A stretch of DNA of 64,000 bases from Lactobacillaceae bacterium. GTDB lineage: Bacteria; Pseudomonadota; Alphaproteobacteria; RF32; CAG-239. Below, piece by piece: positions 1-9,689 of this stretch (position 1 is its first letter; the number at the start of each line of letters is the position of its first letter). The DNA lies in the NCBI GenBank assembly GCA_031271345.1, contig JAISVX010000003.1, positions 693,223 through 757,222 on the forward strand, given 5' to 3'. The notes beneath the pieces were generated by a model that had not been told where the DNA came from, ran no database searches, and worked only from the letters and a program-made list of their open reading frames with translations. A program made the translations under genes and the position numbers.

Positions 1-1611
1 CTTCGCAATAAATCTTCCTGGGAAAACGTCGTTGACCAGAACCTTTTAAGTTTTCTTCTCATCCGCGGAAGCTCGCAAAATAGAAAAATGCTCGGATATG
101 TCGGATTATCCGTATTCCTTCTTGCAATAATCGCGATTGCCGGTCCGACATGGAATAAAAAAGAAACTCCCAACATGCAGCCGGAAAATCCCGTTATGAT
201 AGTGTTAAACCTATCTTCCGACATGATGGAAACAGATTTGACCCCAAACCGCCTATCCCGCGCAAAATATAAAATTTCCGACCTTTTATCATCTTTGAAA
301 TCTGTTCAGGCAGGGATGATTGTTTTTACCGACGAGCCGTTTTTAATCACCCCTATTACTGATGACAAAAACATTATAACCAACCTGCTTCCAAATATCG
401 TCTTTGAAATAATGCCCGGCAACGGCGACCGTCTTGACCGAGCTATAGAATATTCGGTCGAGAGACTTAAAAGCTCTGGATATAACAACGGCAATATCAT
501 AATATTCACATCAGATGTCGGACAAAAGCTCGACCTTGCGATAGCTGCCGCCCGCAATTCCGGCAGTCAAAATTTTGATATTAATATAATAAATATAAGC
601 GCTAATCAAAACGAAAAACTTGAGCTGATTGCCACCAACGGCAAAGGCGAATATGCGGTCACAACCCCTACTGACCAAGATATAAAAACAATTTCCGAAA
701 GAATAAACCAGGAATATAACCAAACATTAAAAGCTTCTGAAAATATCAGTTTGGTCTGGGAAGAATATGGATATTGGATTTCCGTGCTGGTATTGATAAT
801 GAGTTTGTATTTCTTCCGCAAAGGCATATTCATAATCGCTTTTCTTTTTTCCATAACACACACAGCCAACGCGGGATTCTTTTTAAACGGCAACCAAGAA
901 GGAATTGATTATTTTAACAAAAACCAGTTTGAAGAAGCTTCCCAAAAATTTGAAAACAGCAGCTGGAAAGGCGCGGCATATTACAGGCTTGGAGATTATG
1001 AAAAAGCCTATAACGAATTTGCAAAAGAAAGTGATATTACGGGTCTGTATAATCAGGGAAACGCTCTCGCAAAATCCGGCAAAACCGAAGAAGCCATAAA
1101 AAAATATGAAGAAGTTTTACAAAAAGCCCACAACCATGAAGACGCAAAGTTTAATCTTGAATATTTGAAACAGCAGCAGGAGCAGCAGCAAAATCAAAAC
1201 TCAGATAACAAAAATGATGAGGATGAGCAGAATCAGGATGAAAACTCCAGTTCATCCCAACAAGATCAAGAACAGAGTTCTGAAGATAATCAGCAGGATG
1301 AAACCAGTAATCCAGAACAAAATGAAGATGAGAAAAATCAAGACCAAGATTCAGGCACTCAGGACAAGGAAAATAATAAAGAGCCAGAGAACCCTGAACA
1401 GGATAATCCTTCCAAAATGAAAGAGCAAAAACCAGAAGAAGGACAGGAAGAGCAAAAAGCCGCCGCTCAGGATGAAAAAGACGGTGAAGACGACTGGGAC
1501 GAAGAAATGCAGGCAAGAGAGCAGCAATATAGAGAAATCCCGGAAAACCCAGGCGGACTTTTAAAATATCTCATAAGAAAAGAGTATATGAGAAAAAGAT
1601 ATGAAAAATAG
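1..1611 (+). CDS. BatB-like aerotolerance-family protein (vWA domain, 2 TM helices, TPR repeats, long acidic Q/E/D/N-rich C-terminal tail); N-terminus probably upstream of window
   Basis: Frame 1 is open from nt 1 through the ATG at 88, so the ORF likely starts outside the window. vWA-like region (MIVFTDEPFLITPITDD...IIIFTSDVG), two hydrophobic helices, and TPR-like YYRLGDYEKAYNEF...GNALAKSGKTEEAIKKYEEVL. Tail ~150 aa of QQEQQQNQNSDNKNDEDEQNQDE... Followed by a BatD-like gene. Confidence 0.6.
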   Translation, partial: LRNKSSWENVVDQNLLSFLLIRGSSQNRKMLGYVGLSVFLLAIIAIAGPTWNKKETPNMQPENPVMIVLNLSSDMMETDLTPNRLSRAKYKISDLLSSLKSVQAGMIVFTDEPFLITPITDDKNIITNLLPNIVFEIMPGNGDRLDRAIEYSVERLKSSGYNNGNIIIFTSDVGQKLDLAIAAARNSGSQNFDINIINISANQNEKLELIATNGKGEYAVTTPTDQDIKTISERINQEYNQTLKASENISLVWEEYGYWISVLVLIMSLYFFRKGIFIIAFLFSITHTANAGFFLNGNQEGIDYFNKNQFEEASQKFENSSWKGAAYYRLGDYEKAYNEFAKESDITGLYNQGNALAKSGKTEEAIKKYEEVLQKAHNHEDAKFNLEYLKQQQEQQQNQNSDNKNDEDEQNQDENSSSSQQDQEQSSEDNQQDETSNPEQNEDEKNQDQDSGTQDKENNKEPENPEQDNPSKMKEQKPEEGQEEQKAAAQDEKDGEDDWDEEMQAREQQYREIPENPGGLLKYLIRKEYMRKRYEK

Positions 1612-1614
1612 AGG

Positions 1615-3399
1615 TTGAAGATGAAAAAATTTACAGTCGTTTTGGTTTTATTTCTTACTTTTTGTGTACAGGCAAATGCGCAAACCTTTACGGCAAAAAC
1701 CAATCGAACGGAAGTTCCCGCCGGCGAGCTGTTTGTTCTTATCTTATCTTATGACGGTCCCGCAGTCAACGATGAGCCGGATTTATCTCCCCTGGATAAA
1801 AACTTTACAACATATTCAGTGTCTTCAAATTCTTCGTCGCGGGTTGTCAACAATGCCATAATAACAAACGAAAAGTGGGAGCTTTCATTAATTTCAAACG
1901 CTACTGCGGGCGAAATTGAAATCCCGGCGATTAAAATGGGAAATTTGGCGACCAATCCATTATCGATAAAAATAAGCGCCGCAGCGTCTTCATCAGCACT
2001 CGCAAATCCAGGCGGATACGAAGATTTAAACAACCAGCGCCCTAAATATGCCATAAGAGCGAAGGTCGACAACAATTCGCCTTATGTCCAGCAGCAGATA
2101 AAATATTCCGTCATTGTCGAAGACGGCGGAAGCAGCCTGCAAATTTCCGAGCCGCAGTTTGCCGATAATATAAAAAACGAGTGGATAATAAGAACTCTTA
2201 GAAACCCGGAAGTAACAATTGAAACCACCCCTGAAAAACGAAGCTATAGAAAAATAGTTTTTAACTATGCGATTTTTCCGCAAAAAAGCGGCGTCATAAA
2301 ACTTCCCGAAGCAAGGATTGACGGTTATTATGTGACCCAGTCAAAAAGAAGAAATATCGCCGGAGACATATTCAGCGATATATTCAAGGACGAGTTTGGA
2401 GAACTTGAAAATATTCTCAACGACGTTTTTGCTCAAAAAAATCCCGTAATTCTTCGAACCCAGCCAAACTCCGTTGAGGTTAAGCCTAATCCGCATATTC
2501 AAAACCTTGACTGGTGGCTGCCGGCAAAATCCGTTAAAATAAGTTCAAAATGGGAAACTCCGGCTTCAGAATTCAAAGTCGGCGAAGCAATTGGCAGAAC
2601 GATACAAATCGAAGCTGTCGGCGCTATTGACAGCCAGCTTCCAAACATTAAGCTTAAAGAAATCGAAGGGGTAAAACAATATCCCGAAAAACCAGTACTT
2701 TTATCAAGTATAAATTATAATGACGTTACTTCGGTTTTAGAAATCTCCAACGTATATATCCCGACAAAATCTGGAAACATCACAATTCCGAAAATTGACA
2801 TTTATTGGTTTAACACTTTAACAAACAGGCTTGAAAAATCTACGCTTCCGGCAACGCTCATAAATGTGCTGCCAAATGAGAATTTCAAATTTGAAGCCAA
2901 CGCTTCCGAAACTGTGCAAAAAGAAACCCCGAAGATGGATAACCAATCGCTGCTGCCGGATGAAATATTAAATACCGGCAACAAGATAAATAATTACATC
3001 ATTGTTTTTGCTGCTTTTATTGCGGGTATAATAATTACATATTTGCTGTTAAAACCAAGAAAAACTACAAAAAATGCGGACAAAACTTATAAGATTGATT
3101 ATAAGAAAAATGTGATTTCAGCCGCAAAACAAAATGATTTTAAGTCTTTGAGAAATAACTTGCTAAACTGGGCAGGCGAGCATTTCAAGGACGATAAAAT
3201 CTTAAATCTAAACGATATAAATAAACATATCAGCAGCAAGGAATTTGCCCGCGAGCTGGAAATAATCTCCGCCAATCTATATTCCGGTGAACCGTTAGAC
3301 TGGAACAGCTCAAGATTTATTAAAACCTTTGAGAAAATAGATTATAACAAAACCATCGTCAACAATAACTCCGCCATACTGCCCAAGCTTTATAAGTAA
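1615..3399 (+). CDS. BatD-like protein (signal peptide, large periplasmic region, single C-terminal TM helix)
   Basis: N-terminal signal MKMKKFTVVLVLFLTFCVQANA; C-terminal TM NYIIVFAAFIAGIIITYLLL followed by basic residues; RBS-like GAGG upstream; immediately downstream of the vWA/TPR gene, as in Bat operons. Confidence 0.5.
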   Translation: MKMKKFTVVLVLFLTFCVQANAQTFTAKTNRTEVPAGELFVLILSYDGPAVNDEPDLSPLDKNFTTYSVSSNSSSRVVNNAIITNEKWELSLISNATAGEIEIPAIKMGNLATNPLSIKISAAASSSALANPGGYEDLNNQRPKYAIRAKVDNNSPYVQQQIKYSVIVEDGGSSLQISEPQFADNIKNEWIIRTLRNPEVTIETTPEKRSYRKIVFNYAIFPQKSGVIKLPEARIDGYYVTQSKRRNIAGDIFSDIFKDEFGELENILNDVFAQKNPVILRTQPNSVEVKPNPHIQNLDWWLPAKSVKISSKWETPASEFKVGEAIGRTIQIEAVGAIDSQLPNIKLKEIEGVKQYPEKPVLLSSINYNDVTSVLEISNVYIPTKSGNITIPKIDIYWFNTLTNRLEKSTLPATLINVLPNENFKFEANASETVQKETPKMDNQSLLPDEILNTGNKINNYIIVFAAFIAGIIITYLLLKPRKTTKNADKTYKIDYKKNVISAAKQNDFKSLRNNLLNWAGEHFKDDKILNLNDINKHISSKEFARELEIISANLYSGEPLDWNSSRFIKTFEKIDYNKTIVNNNSAILPKLYK

Positions 3400-3428
3400 T
3401 ATACGGGAACCAATCGAAAGGATTTAAG

Positions 3429-4199
3429 ATGAAAATAAAATTTCTAGGAACCGGCGGAAACATAGGAACTCCTGTATGGAACTGCGATTGTAAAACATGC
3501 CGAAGCGCAGATTTAAAAAATAAAAGAATGCGCGCCTCGCTCTTTCTAACAACTGACGACAACACGAACATTTTGATAGATTTTGGTCCAGATTTAAGAC
3601 AGCAGCTGCTCCAGAATAATATAAGAAAAATAGATTATGCTTTTCTGACCCATACTCATGGAGACCACACTCACGGATTCGAACAGCTGTCTAGGCAGGA
3701 AAACATTAAGATATTAATGACAAAAGAAGTTTTGCAAGAATTCGAAAAAAACAAAGGCGCTTTGGAATGGTTTAAAAAAAGAAATCCATCGGCAGACATA
3801 AAAAACTTTGATTCCATTACAGTCGACGGCATAAAAATAACCCCCATAAAGCTGATACACCAAAAGGACTATTCTAAAGAACCCTTCCCATGCGTAGGAT
3901 TTATTTTTGAAGATCCAAAATTTAGATTTGCATATCTTTCCGACTATAACGCCATTTCTGGCGATGATAACCTTCTTTATAATTTGGATTTGATTGTTTC
4001 AGACGCTAATTCTTGGAAAGACAACGGAATAGGTCATGCCGGCATTGAGGAAAATATTCAGCTTTATAAAAAATATAAACCCAGAAAACTACTTTTGACT
4101 CACATAAATCACACTGTGGAACACAATGAATCTCTCAAATATTGCAAAGCTTACGGAAACATTGAACCTGCTTACGATGGATTGGAACTTGAAATATAA
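3429..4199 (+). CDS. MBL-fold metallo-hydrolase (PhnP/YycJ-like)
   Basis: KIKFLGTGG N-terminus and HTHGDHTHG metal-binding motif typical of the metallo-beta-lactamase superfamily. Confidence 0.65.
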   Translation: MKIKFLGTGGNIGTPVWNCDCKTCRSADLKNKRMRASLFLTTDDNTNILIDFGPDLRQQLLQNNIRKIDYAFLTHTHGDHTHGFEQLSRQENIKILMTKEVLQEFEKNKGALEWFKKRNPSADIKNFDSITVDGIKITPIKLIHQKDYSKEPFPCVGFIFEDPKFRFAYLSDYNAISGDDNLLYNLDLIVSDANSWKDNGIGHAGIEENIQLYKKYKPRKLLLTHINHTVEHNESLKYCKAYGNIEPAYDGLELEI

Positions 4200-4247
4200 G
4201 TTCTGTTTTCCATATAAGCGACTGCGCAATTGACCTAACAAATAAAT

Positions 4248-6014
4248 CTAGTCTTTTTTGCCTTTAAACTGAGCGTTATACAAAGCCAAATACGCGCCTT
4301 TTTCTATCTCAAGAAGCTCTTCATGCGTGCCTCTTTCGATAATTTCACCGTCATTGATAACCAGGATATAACTGGCGTTTCTGATTGTGGACAAGCGGTG
4401 TGCAATGACAAACACGGTTCTGTCTTTCATAAGGTTTTCTATGGCCTTCTGCACAACCGCCTCAGATTTATTATCCAACGCCGAAGTCGCCTCATCAAGA
4501 ATAACAATCGGCGCATTCTTAATAAATGCCCTCGCGATTGCAAGACGCTGCTTTTGACCTCCAGACAGCTTTGAACCCCTCTCTCCGATATACGTATCTA
4601 TACCGTTTTCAAGCTCTGAAACAAAGTCGTCAAGGTACGCAAATTTAAGCGCTTCATCAATTTCTTCCCAAGTCGCGTCTTCTTTTCCAGCCAAAATATT
4701 GTCTCTTATCGTGCCGTCAAATAAAAAGTTGTCTTGAAAAACCACGGATATATTGTCTCTTAAAGATTCTAAAGTAATATCTTTTACATTTATCCCGTCT
4801 ATTTCAACACTGCCGCTTTTAACGTCATAAAAACGGGGGATTAGATTAACAACCGTAGTTTTGCCGCCGCCGGAGTTTCCGACTAAAGCAACGGTTGTTC
4901 CAGACTTGACGTCAATATTGATGTTTTTTAATACAGGCACGCCCTCGTTATATTCAAACCAGACATCCTTAAACTTAATGCCATTGCTGACGCCTTCCAG
5001 TTTTCTTGCATTTTCCGCATTGAAAATCTTTGGTTCCATTTTAAGAATATTAGCTATTCGCTCAATAGCCAAAAAGGAAATCTGCACCGCATTATAGTTT
5101 TTGCCAATGCTTTTTATCGGACCATAAAGCATAATCAAAGCCGCGATGAACGATACGAAGTTACCGCTGGTAATAGTGCCGCTGACAATTAAATAGCTGC
5201 CGTAACCGATAACCGCGCCGATACCGATAGAAACGGATATGTGCATTAAAGGAGTCAGCCAGGCTGTTTTCTGCACAAGCTTAATGCTCAATTTGAATAT
5301 AATTCTCAAAGTTTCATCAAACTTCTTATAAACTCTTTCCTGCATATTATATGCCGCAATTGTTTTATTTCCTGAAAAAGTCTCATTATAATTCGTTATA
5401 ATTTTTGAGTTTTCTTCGACGGTTTTTAAGATTGTTCCCTTTATCCTTCTTTTTACCTGAGACAAAGGAAGCAGCGCAAAAATCAAAACAACAATCGCAA
5501 TTATTGACAACTGCCATGAATTATATATCAAAATCGCTATCAAAGATAAAGATGAGAATAGTCTTGATACAAACAGCTTCGTATTATCCAAAAACCCCGT
5601 GCAGGCCGTATCCGCGTCGCCAGAAAACCTTTGAACGATTATGCCGGAATTTGCTTTATCAAAAAAAGCCGTTTCAAAGCTTAAAAGCTTTTTATACATC
5701 GCACGCTTCAAATCATGCGTGATTTTGTTTCCAACCCAAGAATTGACATAAGTTGCAAAATAGTTCAAAACTCCCTGCAATGTCGTGAAGCCGACGATTA
5801 ATAGAGGCAGAACCAAAGAAATTCTCGCATTGTCTTCAACCAAAACAACATCCATAAAAGGCTTCAGCGACCAGGCAATCACACCCTCTAATGCGCCGAT
5901 GGGAATTGCCAGAAAAATAGCAAGGAAAGCGCGGAATAAATAAGGTTTAACATAAGGCAAAAGTATACCATAGTGTTCTTTGAAACTCATTTTATCATTA
6001 TGTTCGAAATTCAT
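4248..6014 (-). CDS. ABC transporter permease/ATP-binding fusion, MsbA-like lipid exporter
   Basis: Six-TM N-terminal half, Walker A GNSGGGKTT, signature LSGGQKQRLAIARAF, Walker B ILDEATSALD. Alternative start at second Met (5990). Confidence 0.8.
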   Translation of the reverse strand: MNFEHNDKMSFKEHYGILLPYVKPYLFRAFLAIFLAIPIGALEGVIAWSLKPFMDVVLVEDNARISLVLPLLIVGFTTLQGVLNYFATYVNSWVGNKITHDLKRAMYKKLLSFETAFFDKANSGIIVQRFSGDADTACTGFLDNTKLFVSRLFSSLSLIAILIYNSWQLSIIAIVVLIFALLPLSQVKRRIKGTILKTVEENSKIITNYNETFSGNKTIAAYNMQERVYKKFDETLRIIFKLSIKLVQKTAWLTPLMHISVSIGIGAVIGYGSYLIVSGTITSGNFVSFIAALIMLYGPIKSIGKNYNAVQISFLAIERIANILKMEPKIFNAENARKLEGVSNGIKFKDVWFEYNEGVPVLKNINIDVKSGTTVALVGNSGGGKTTVVNLIPRFYDVKSGSVEIDGINVKDITLESLRDNISVVFQDNFLFDGTIRDNILAGKEDATWEEIDEALKFAYLDDFVSELENGIDTYIGERGSKLSGGQKQRLAIARAFIKNAPIVILDEATSALDNKSEAVVQKAIENLMKDRTVFVIAHRLSTIRNASYILVINDGEIIERGTHEELLEIEKGAYLALYNAQFKGKKD

Positions 6015-6076
6015 ATTATCTCTCTATTTTTTTATCTGGTGCCATAATAGCCATTAGCTCTAATATTTCAAGTAAA

Positions 6077-6538
6077 TTATAACATATTCAAGAATTTCAA
6101 TATCAGATATACCATGCAAACCTGCATAACACCCAAGAACCAGAACGCTCCCTGATAGCTTCCTTTTTTATTTTTATGCTGAAACACTTTCTGTCCGATT
6201 AGCGCTCCAATCCACCCGCCCAAAAACTCCAAAGCGTGCAGATTTTTTTCAGGAACTCTCCAAGCTCCTTTTTGAGCGGCTTTCTTGTCAACAAAATATG
6301 CCAAAATTGTAATAAGGTTAATTGAAATAAAATGAAAAACAACAAACAGCAAAAGAATTTTCGGATTAAGCGGGTCAACTTTGTACACGTGGTTTTCAAA
6401 ATAGTACGCGCTAAGAATAACTATTGCCGAATGCAAAATATAAAAACTGTTTCTTTGCAGCGGTCTTGATAAAGCCAAAAGACCCAAAAGTATTCCAGAA
6501 AACACTATTACCATATAAATTTCCCCAGTTTCTTGCAT
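6077..6538 (-). CDS. DUF1294-family membrane protein
   Basis: Hydrophobic N-terminal half; C-terminal GAWRVPEKNLHALEFLGGWIGALIGQKVFQHKNKK resembles the DUF1294 signature. Confidence 0.45.
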   Translation of the reverse strand: MQETGEIYMVIVFSGILLGLLALSRPLQRNSFYILHSAIVILSAYYFENHVYKVDPLNPKILLLFVVFHFISINLITILAYFVDKKAAQKGAWRVPEKNLHALEFLGGWIGALIGQKVFQHKNKKGSYQGAFWFLGVMQVCMVYLILKFLNML

Positions 6539-6669
6539 AAATTAACTTATTAGTATAAATTATCGGATATAATATAAAAATCAACGTAAATAAATTGAAA
6601 AAAAGTAGTGTGATTTTAAAAAAATACATGTATATTCTTTTTATCAAGACTAAATTAAGGACGACTGCT

Positions 6670-7218
6670 ATGAAAAAACTTCTTGCCATCTTACTCACAG
6701 CATCTTTGCTCGCTGCATGCCAAACAAACTCAAACGCCCGACAAGAAGACGCTGCCGCCGGCGAAAACTCTAATGCAAAAAATTCGTACCATATCGACAG
6801 ACCCTATGCTATGCAAAGCTACTATGATGAAACAGCTACGCCGGAAGTATATTCAATCGTTGCGACAAGAGCCGTAAACAGAATGCTGGATCAAACCAGA
6901 CCAATTTATGAAAATCTCGGCGCTACATTTTTATACATAATGGAACCAAAAACCAGCAAAGAAACTGAAAGCGGATTTTATTTGTCCCAAATGGTCGCAA
7001 AAAAAATGATTGAAGGCTCAAAAACCTACACAATCGTCAACAGCATGAACGAAGCCGACTATTATCTGGAAACCTTGATAACTAAAATATCTATTGAGGG
7101 AAGCGACAGTCCTATCATTCAATATAAGCTGATGATGTTTGATAAAAAAGACAGAAAAGTAAACGAGTGGATAGAAAACATCCGCCAGGTCAGCAATGAC
7201 GACAGAAGCTGGCTGTAA
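6670..7218 (+). CDS. lipoprotein, possibly LpoB-like (penicillin-binding protein activator family)
   Basis: Lipobox signal MKKLLAILLTASLLAAC; mature region resembles the COG3417/LpoB pattern (IVNSMNEADYYLETLI...IQYKLMMFDKKDRKVNEW). Start refined from track ORF 6595. Confidence 0.45.
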   Translation: MKKLLAILLTASLLAACQTNSNARQEDAAAGENSNAKNSYHIDRPYAMQSYYDETATPEVYSIVATRAVNRMLDQTRPIYENLGATFLYIMEPKTSKETESGFYLSQMVAKKMIEGSKTYTIVNSMNEADYYLETLITKISIEGSDSPIIQYKLMMFDKKDRKVNEWIENIRQVSNDDRSWL

Positions 7219-8400
7219 ATGAAAAAGCTTTCCGCACTGCTTATTGCGTTAACTTTCTTCTCAAACGTTTCTTATGCGCAGAACGCCGATTATGAAACTA
7301 TTTCCGTTTATGCGGATATATGTGAAAAAATAGAGCCTGAAGAGACCATTTCACAGGCAAGAGTGAAAGCGTCTGATAAAGCTGTATTTGCGGCTGTAGA
7401 AAAACTCCCGGTTTTAGAACTGCCAAAAAAAGAGTTTGACCAATACGACTTTAATATTCTCGTATATAAATTAGTAGATAACTATATTGAAAACCTAAAC
7501 GTCCGCACAATAAGACAAGACTCAGAAAAAGTCTGCGTCGATGTCGAAGGGTATATCAAAGGCTCAAATATTATAAGCGCGGTTGTCGAAACAAAAGAGA
7601 TAGCGGATAGAAGGGCGGAAAGAAGGGCGGAAGAGAACCTTGTCGGCAAATCTCCTTTGCAAACCCAAAAAGAAATTGAAAACATCATTCTAAAAGAGGC
7701 AAAGATTTTACCTGTCAACCAAGGCGAAATTTATAGAATAAACGAAGAAGAGCTGCTGTCCGAGCTGGGCGGCGAAGGGATTGAAGAAACAGCGGTATCC
7801 GTCATACAGGAAGAGACCTTTTCATCGGAACCTAAAGTTATAATACAAGACAGCGATACAATAATAATAGTAAACGACGGTATCGACAGCAATGTTGATG
7901 ATGCGTCCGCTGTTAACGAAATTCCCATCATAGCTAATCCCGTTCCTCTTGAAAACGAGTATAAAAAGAGTTTGGTATATATAACTTCTACTAAATTTTT
8001 TGACAATTCGACATCAGAAGAACATTCCAGCGCCTTAAAAAATCTTATTAACGGCAGCGATTATGTTGTTGTAACCGACAATAGAGAACTTGCTGAATAC
8101 ATTGTTTCTCCAAGCATTCTTCGAGTAAAAATTGACGCCATAAACGATATAACCAACAGAATGCAGATGGTTGTAATGGTTGAGATGGATGATTTATATG
8201 ATGGAGCCAACACTAAAGAACACCAAAACCGTTTTACCCTTCTGTCAGTTGAAGACGACGAGCAAAAAGTGGCGGAAGACCTTATGAATAATCTGCTTGA
8301 AAAAGCCGGCTCGCAAATTCTTTCTAAAATAGAGCTTTCCGAAAGAAAGAAGAAAAATATAAAAGGTCTGCCAAAAATAATCACCCCTGCTTCTAACTAG
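7219..8400 (+). CDS. secreted hypothetical protein (signal peptide; acidic)
   Basis: Signal MKKLSALLIALTFFSNVSYAQ; ATG directly abuts the upstream stop (TAAATG); internal 12-bp tandem duplication (ADRRAERRAEEN); no recognizable catalytic motif. Confidence 0.45.
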   Translation: MKKLSALLIALTFFSNVSYAQNADYETISVYADICEKIEPEETISQARVKASDKAVFAAVEKLPVLELPKKEFDQYDFNILVYKLVDNYIENLNVRTIRQDSEKVCVDVEGYIKGSNIISAVVETKEIADRRAERRAEENLVGKSPLQTQKEIENIILKEAKILPVNQGEIYRINEEELLSELGGEGIEETAVSVIQEETFSSEPKVIIQDSDTIIIVNDGIDSNVDDASAVNEIPIIANPVPLENEYKKSLVYITSTKFFDNSTSEEHSSALKNLINGSDYVVVTDNRELAEYIVSPSILRVKIDAINDITNRMQMVVMVEMDDLYDGANTKEHQNRFTLLSVEDDEQKVAEDLMNNLLEKAGSQILSKIELSERKKKNIKGLPKIITPASN

Positions 8401-9169
8401 CCGCCGCGGGATGGTTTTCTATTTTCCTCACCGTAAACGCCAAATTATATATCCTTTTTTTCCTAGCCGCTAAAAAGTAGTTATCTACCTCAACCGCAAT
8501 TTTTCTATACAACATATCGACATCCGACAGCTCTTTGCTGACATATATGAAAATTTCAACATCGGTAAAACCTCTGTCATTATATAACGCATAGTCATAT
8601 GCGCAAACATAGTCCTTGCTGTTGTTTATTATAATTCTCTGAATTTTTTTATAGTCGTCAGTATAGTTTTCTCTTTTATAAACATTGGTAAAATCAATAA
8701 GAATATTTACGGGATTGTGTCTTGTCGTATATTTTAACAGCCTGTCGATAAGGTTTATATTGCCTGTTATTATTGAAAACTTCAGCATTACCCCAAAAAA
8801 CTCCGCGACATTATGCTCAATCGCCTCAAACCTTGGCTTAAGCAGCATAGAAGCCATTTCCAGAAGATTTAAATCAATTAATAAATTTATATAAGCAACG
8901 GCGGCAAAAACTTCAAACTCTCCGCCGACATCCCAAATATTATGAGCGATTGCAACTGCTTTAAGCCTGTTTCCAAGCATTTTTTCCGCTGTTGCGACAA
9001 CAACCAAACCATTTACATCTTCGCCTGCTTCCCGAAGATTATTATATGCCTGAGTCTCGACAAGAACTATAACTTCTCTGTCTGAAAAAGCTGTTTCCTG
9101 CAGCAATCCATACAAGATTTCATTATCTTTTATTTGATGATTTTGTAATATATTTATATCAACTGCCAT
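8393..9169 (-). CDS. hypothetical protein
   Basis: 258-aa ORF, no recognizable motif; 3' end overlaps the convergent 7219-8400 gene by 8 nt. Confidence 0.4.
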   Translation of the reverse strand: MAVDINILQNHQIKDNEILYGLLQETAFSDREVIVLVETQAYNNLREAGEDVNGLVVVATAEKMLGNRLKAVAIAHNIWDVGGEFEVFAAVAYINLLIDLNLLEMASMLLKPRFEAIEHNVAEFFGVMLKFSIITGNINLIDRLLKYTTRHNPVNILIDFTNVYKRENYTDDYKKIQRIIINNSKDYVCAYDYALYNDRGFTDVEIFIYVSKELSDVDMLYRKIAVEVDNYFLAARKKRIYNLAFTVRKIENHPAAAS

Positions 9170-9181
9170 TTTCCACCCCGG

Positions 9182-9622
9182 CTATTTTTTTTCCAACAAA
9201 AAAGTTACTGGTCCGTCATTAATCAGCTCAACCTGCATATCGGCTTGAAAAATGCCGGTTTCAGTATTTATGGCTTTTTCTCTTAAAAGCTTTACCACAT
9301 ATTCGTACAGCCTGTTTGCTTCTTCAGGCTTTGCCGCATTATCAAACCCCGGGCGGTTGCCCTTTGACGTGTCTCCTGCCAGAGTAAACTGCGAAACAAC
9401 CAATATTTCGCCCTTTATATCCTGAACAGATAAATTCATTTTCTCATTTTCATCTTCAAAAATTCTTAAATTTGAAATTTTATTCGCAATATATTCCGCC
9501 TGCGAATTTGTGTCAGACTTTTCCACTCCAATAAAAACCAAAAGCCCCTTGCCGACAGAACCCGCAACTTTATTCTCGACCTCAACAGATGCCTTTTTCA
9601 CCCTCTGCAGCAGCGCTTTCAT
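9182..9622 (-). CDS. dtd: D-aminoacyl-tRNA deacylase
   Basis: MKALLQRV...[15 protein letters not shown]...[17 protein letters not shown], canonical Dtd motifs, ~146 aa. Confidence 0.85.
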   Translation of the reverse strand: MKALLQRVKKASVEVENKVAGSVGKGLLVFIGVEKSDTNSQAEYIANKISNLRIFEDENEKMNLSVQDIKGEILVVSQFTLAGDTSKGNRPGFDNAAKPEEANRLYEYVVKLLREKAINTETGIFQADMQVELINDGPVTFLLEKK

Positions 9623-9689
9623 TTTTTGCCTTGTCCTTTTTCAAATAACACATATATTTATACTAGATTTATCTTCTTGGAGTATAATA

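Noticed and set aside
1151-1516. Antisense 121-aa ORF and sense alternate-frame 68-aa K/R-rich ORF (1214-1420) within the BatB-like acidic tail
   Set aside because: Low-complexity GA/CA-rich DNA yields open frames in several phases; no start context, fully nested in a well-supported CDS.
7601-7640. 12-bp tandem duplication (agaagggcggaa x2) as a possible regulatory repeat
   Set aside because: It is in-frame inside the secreted-protein CDS (ADRRAERRAEEN) and far too short for a repeat array; noted only as a coding micro-duplication.
9510-9689. Track-extended N-terminus of the CorA-family gene overlapping dtd on the opposite strand
   Set aside because: CorA-like homology begins at MSEKHN (9690); the extension is hydrophobic junk and would overlap dtd by 113 nt.
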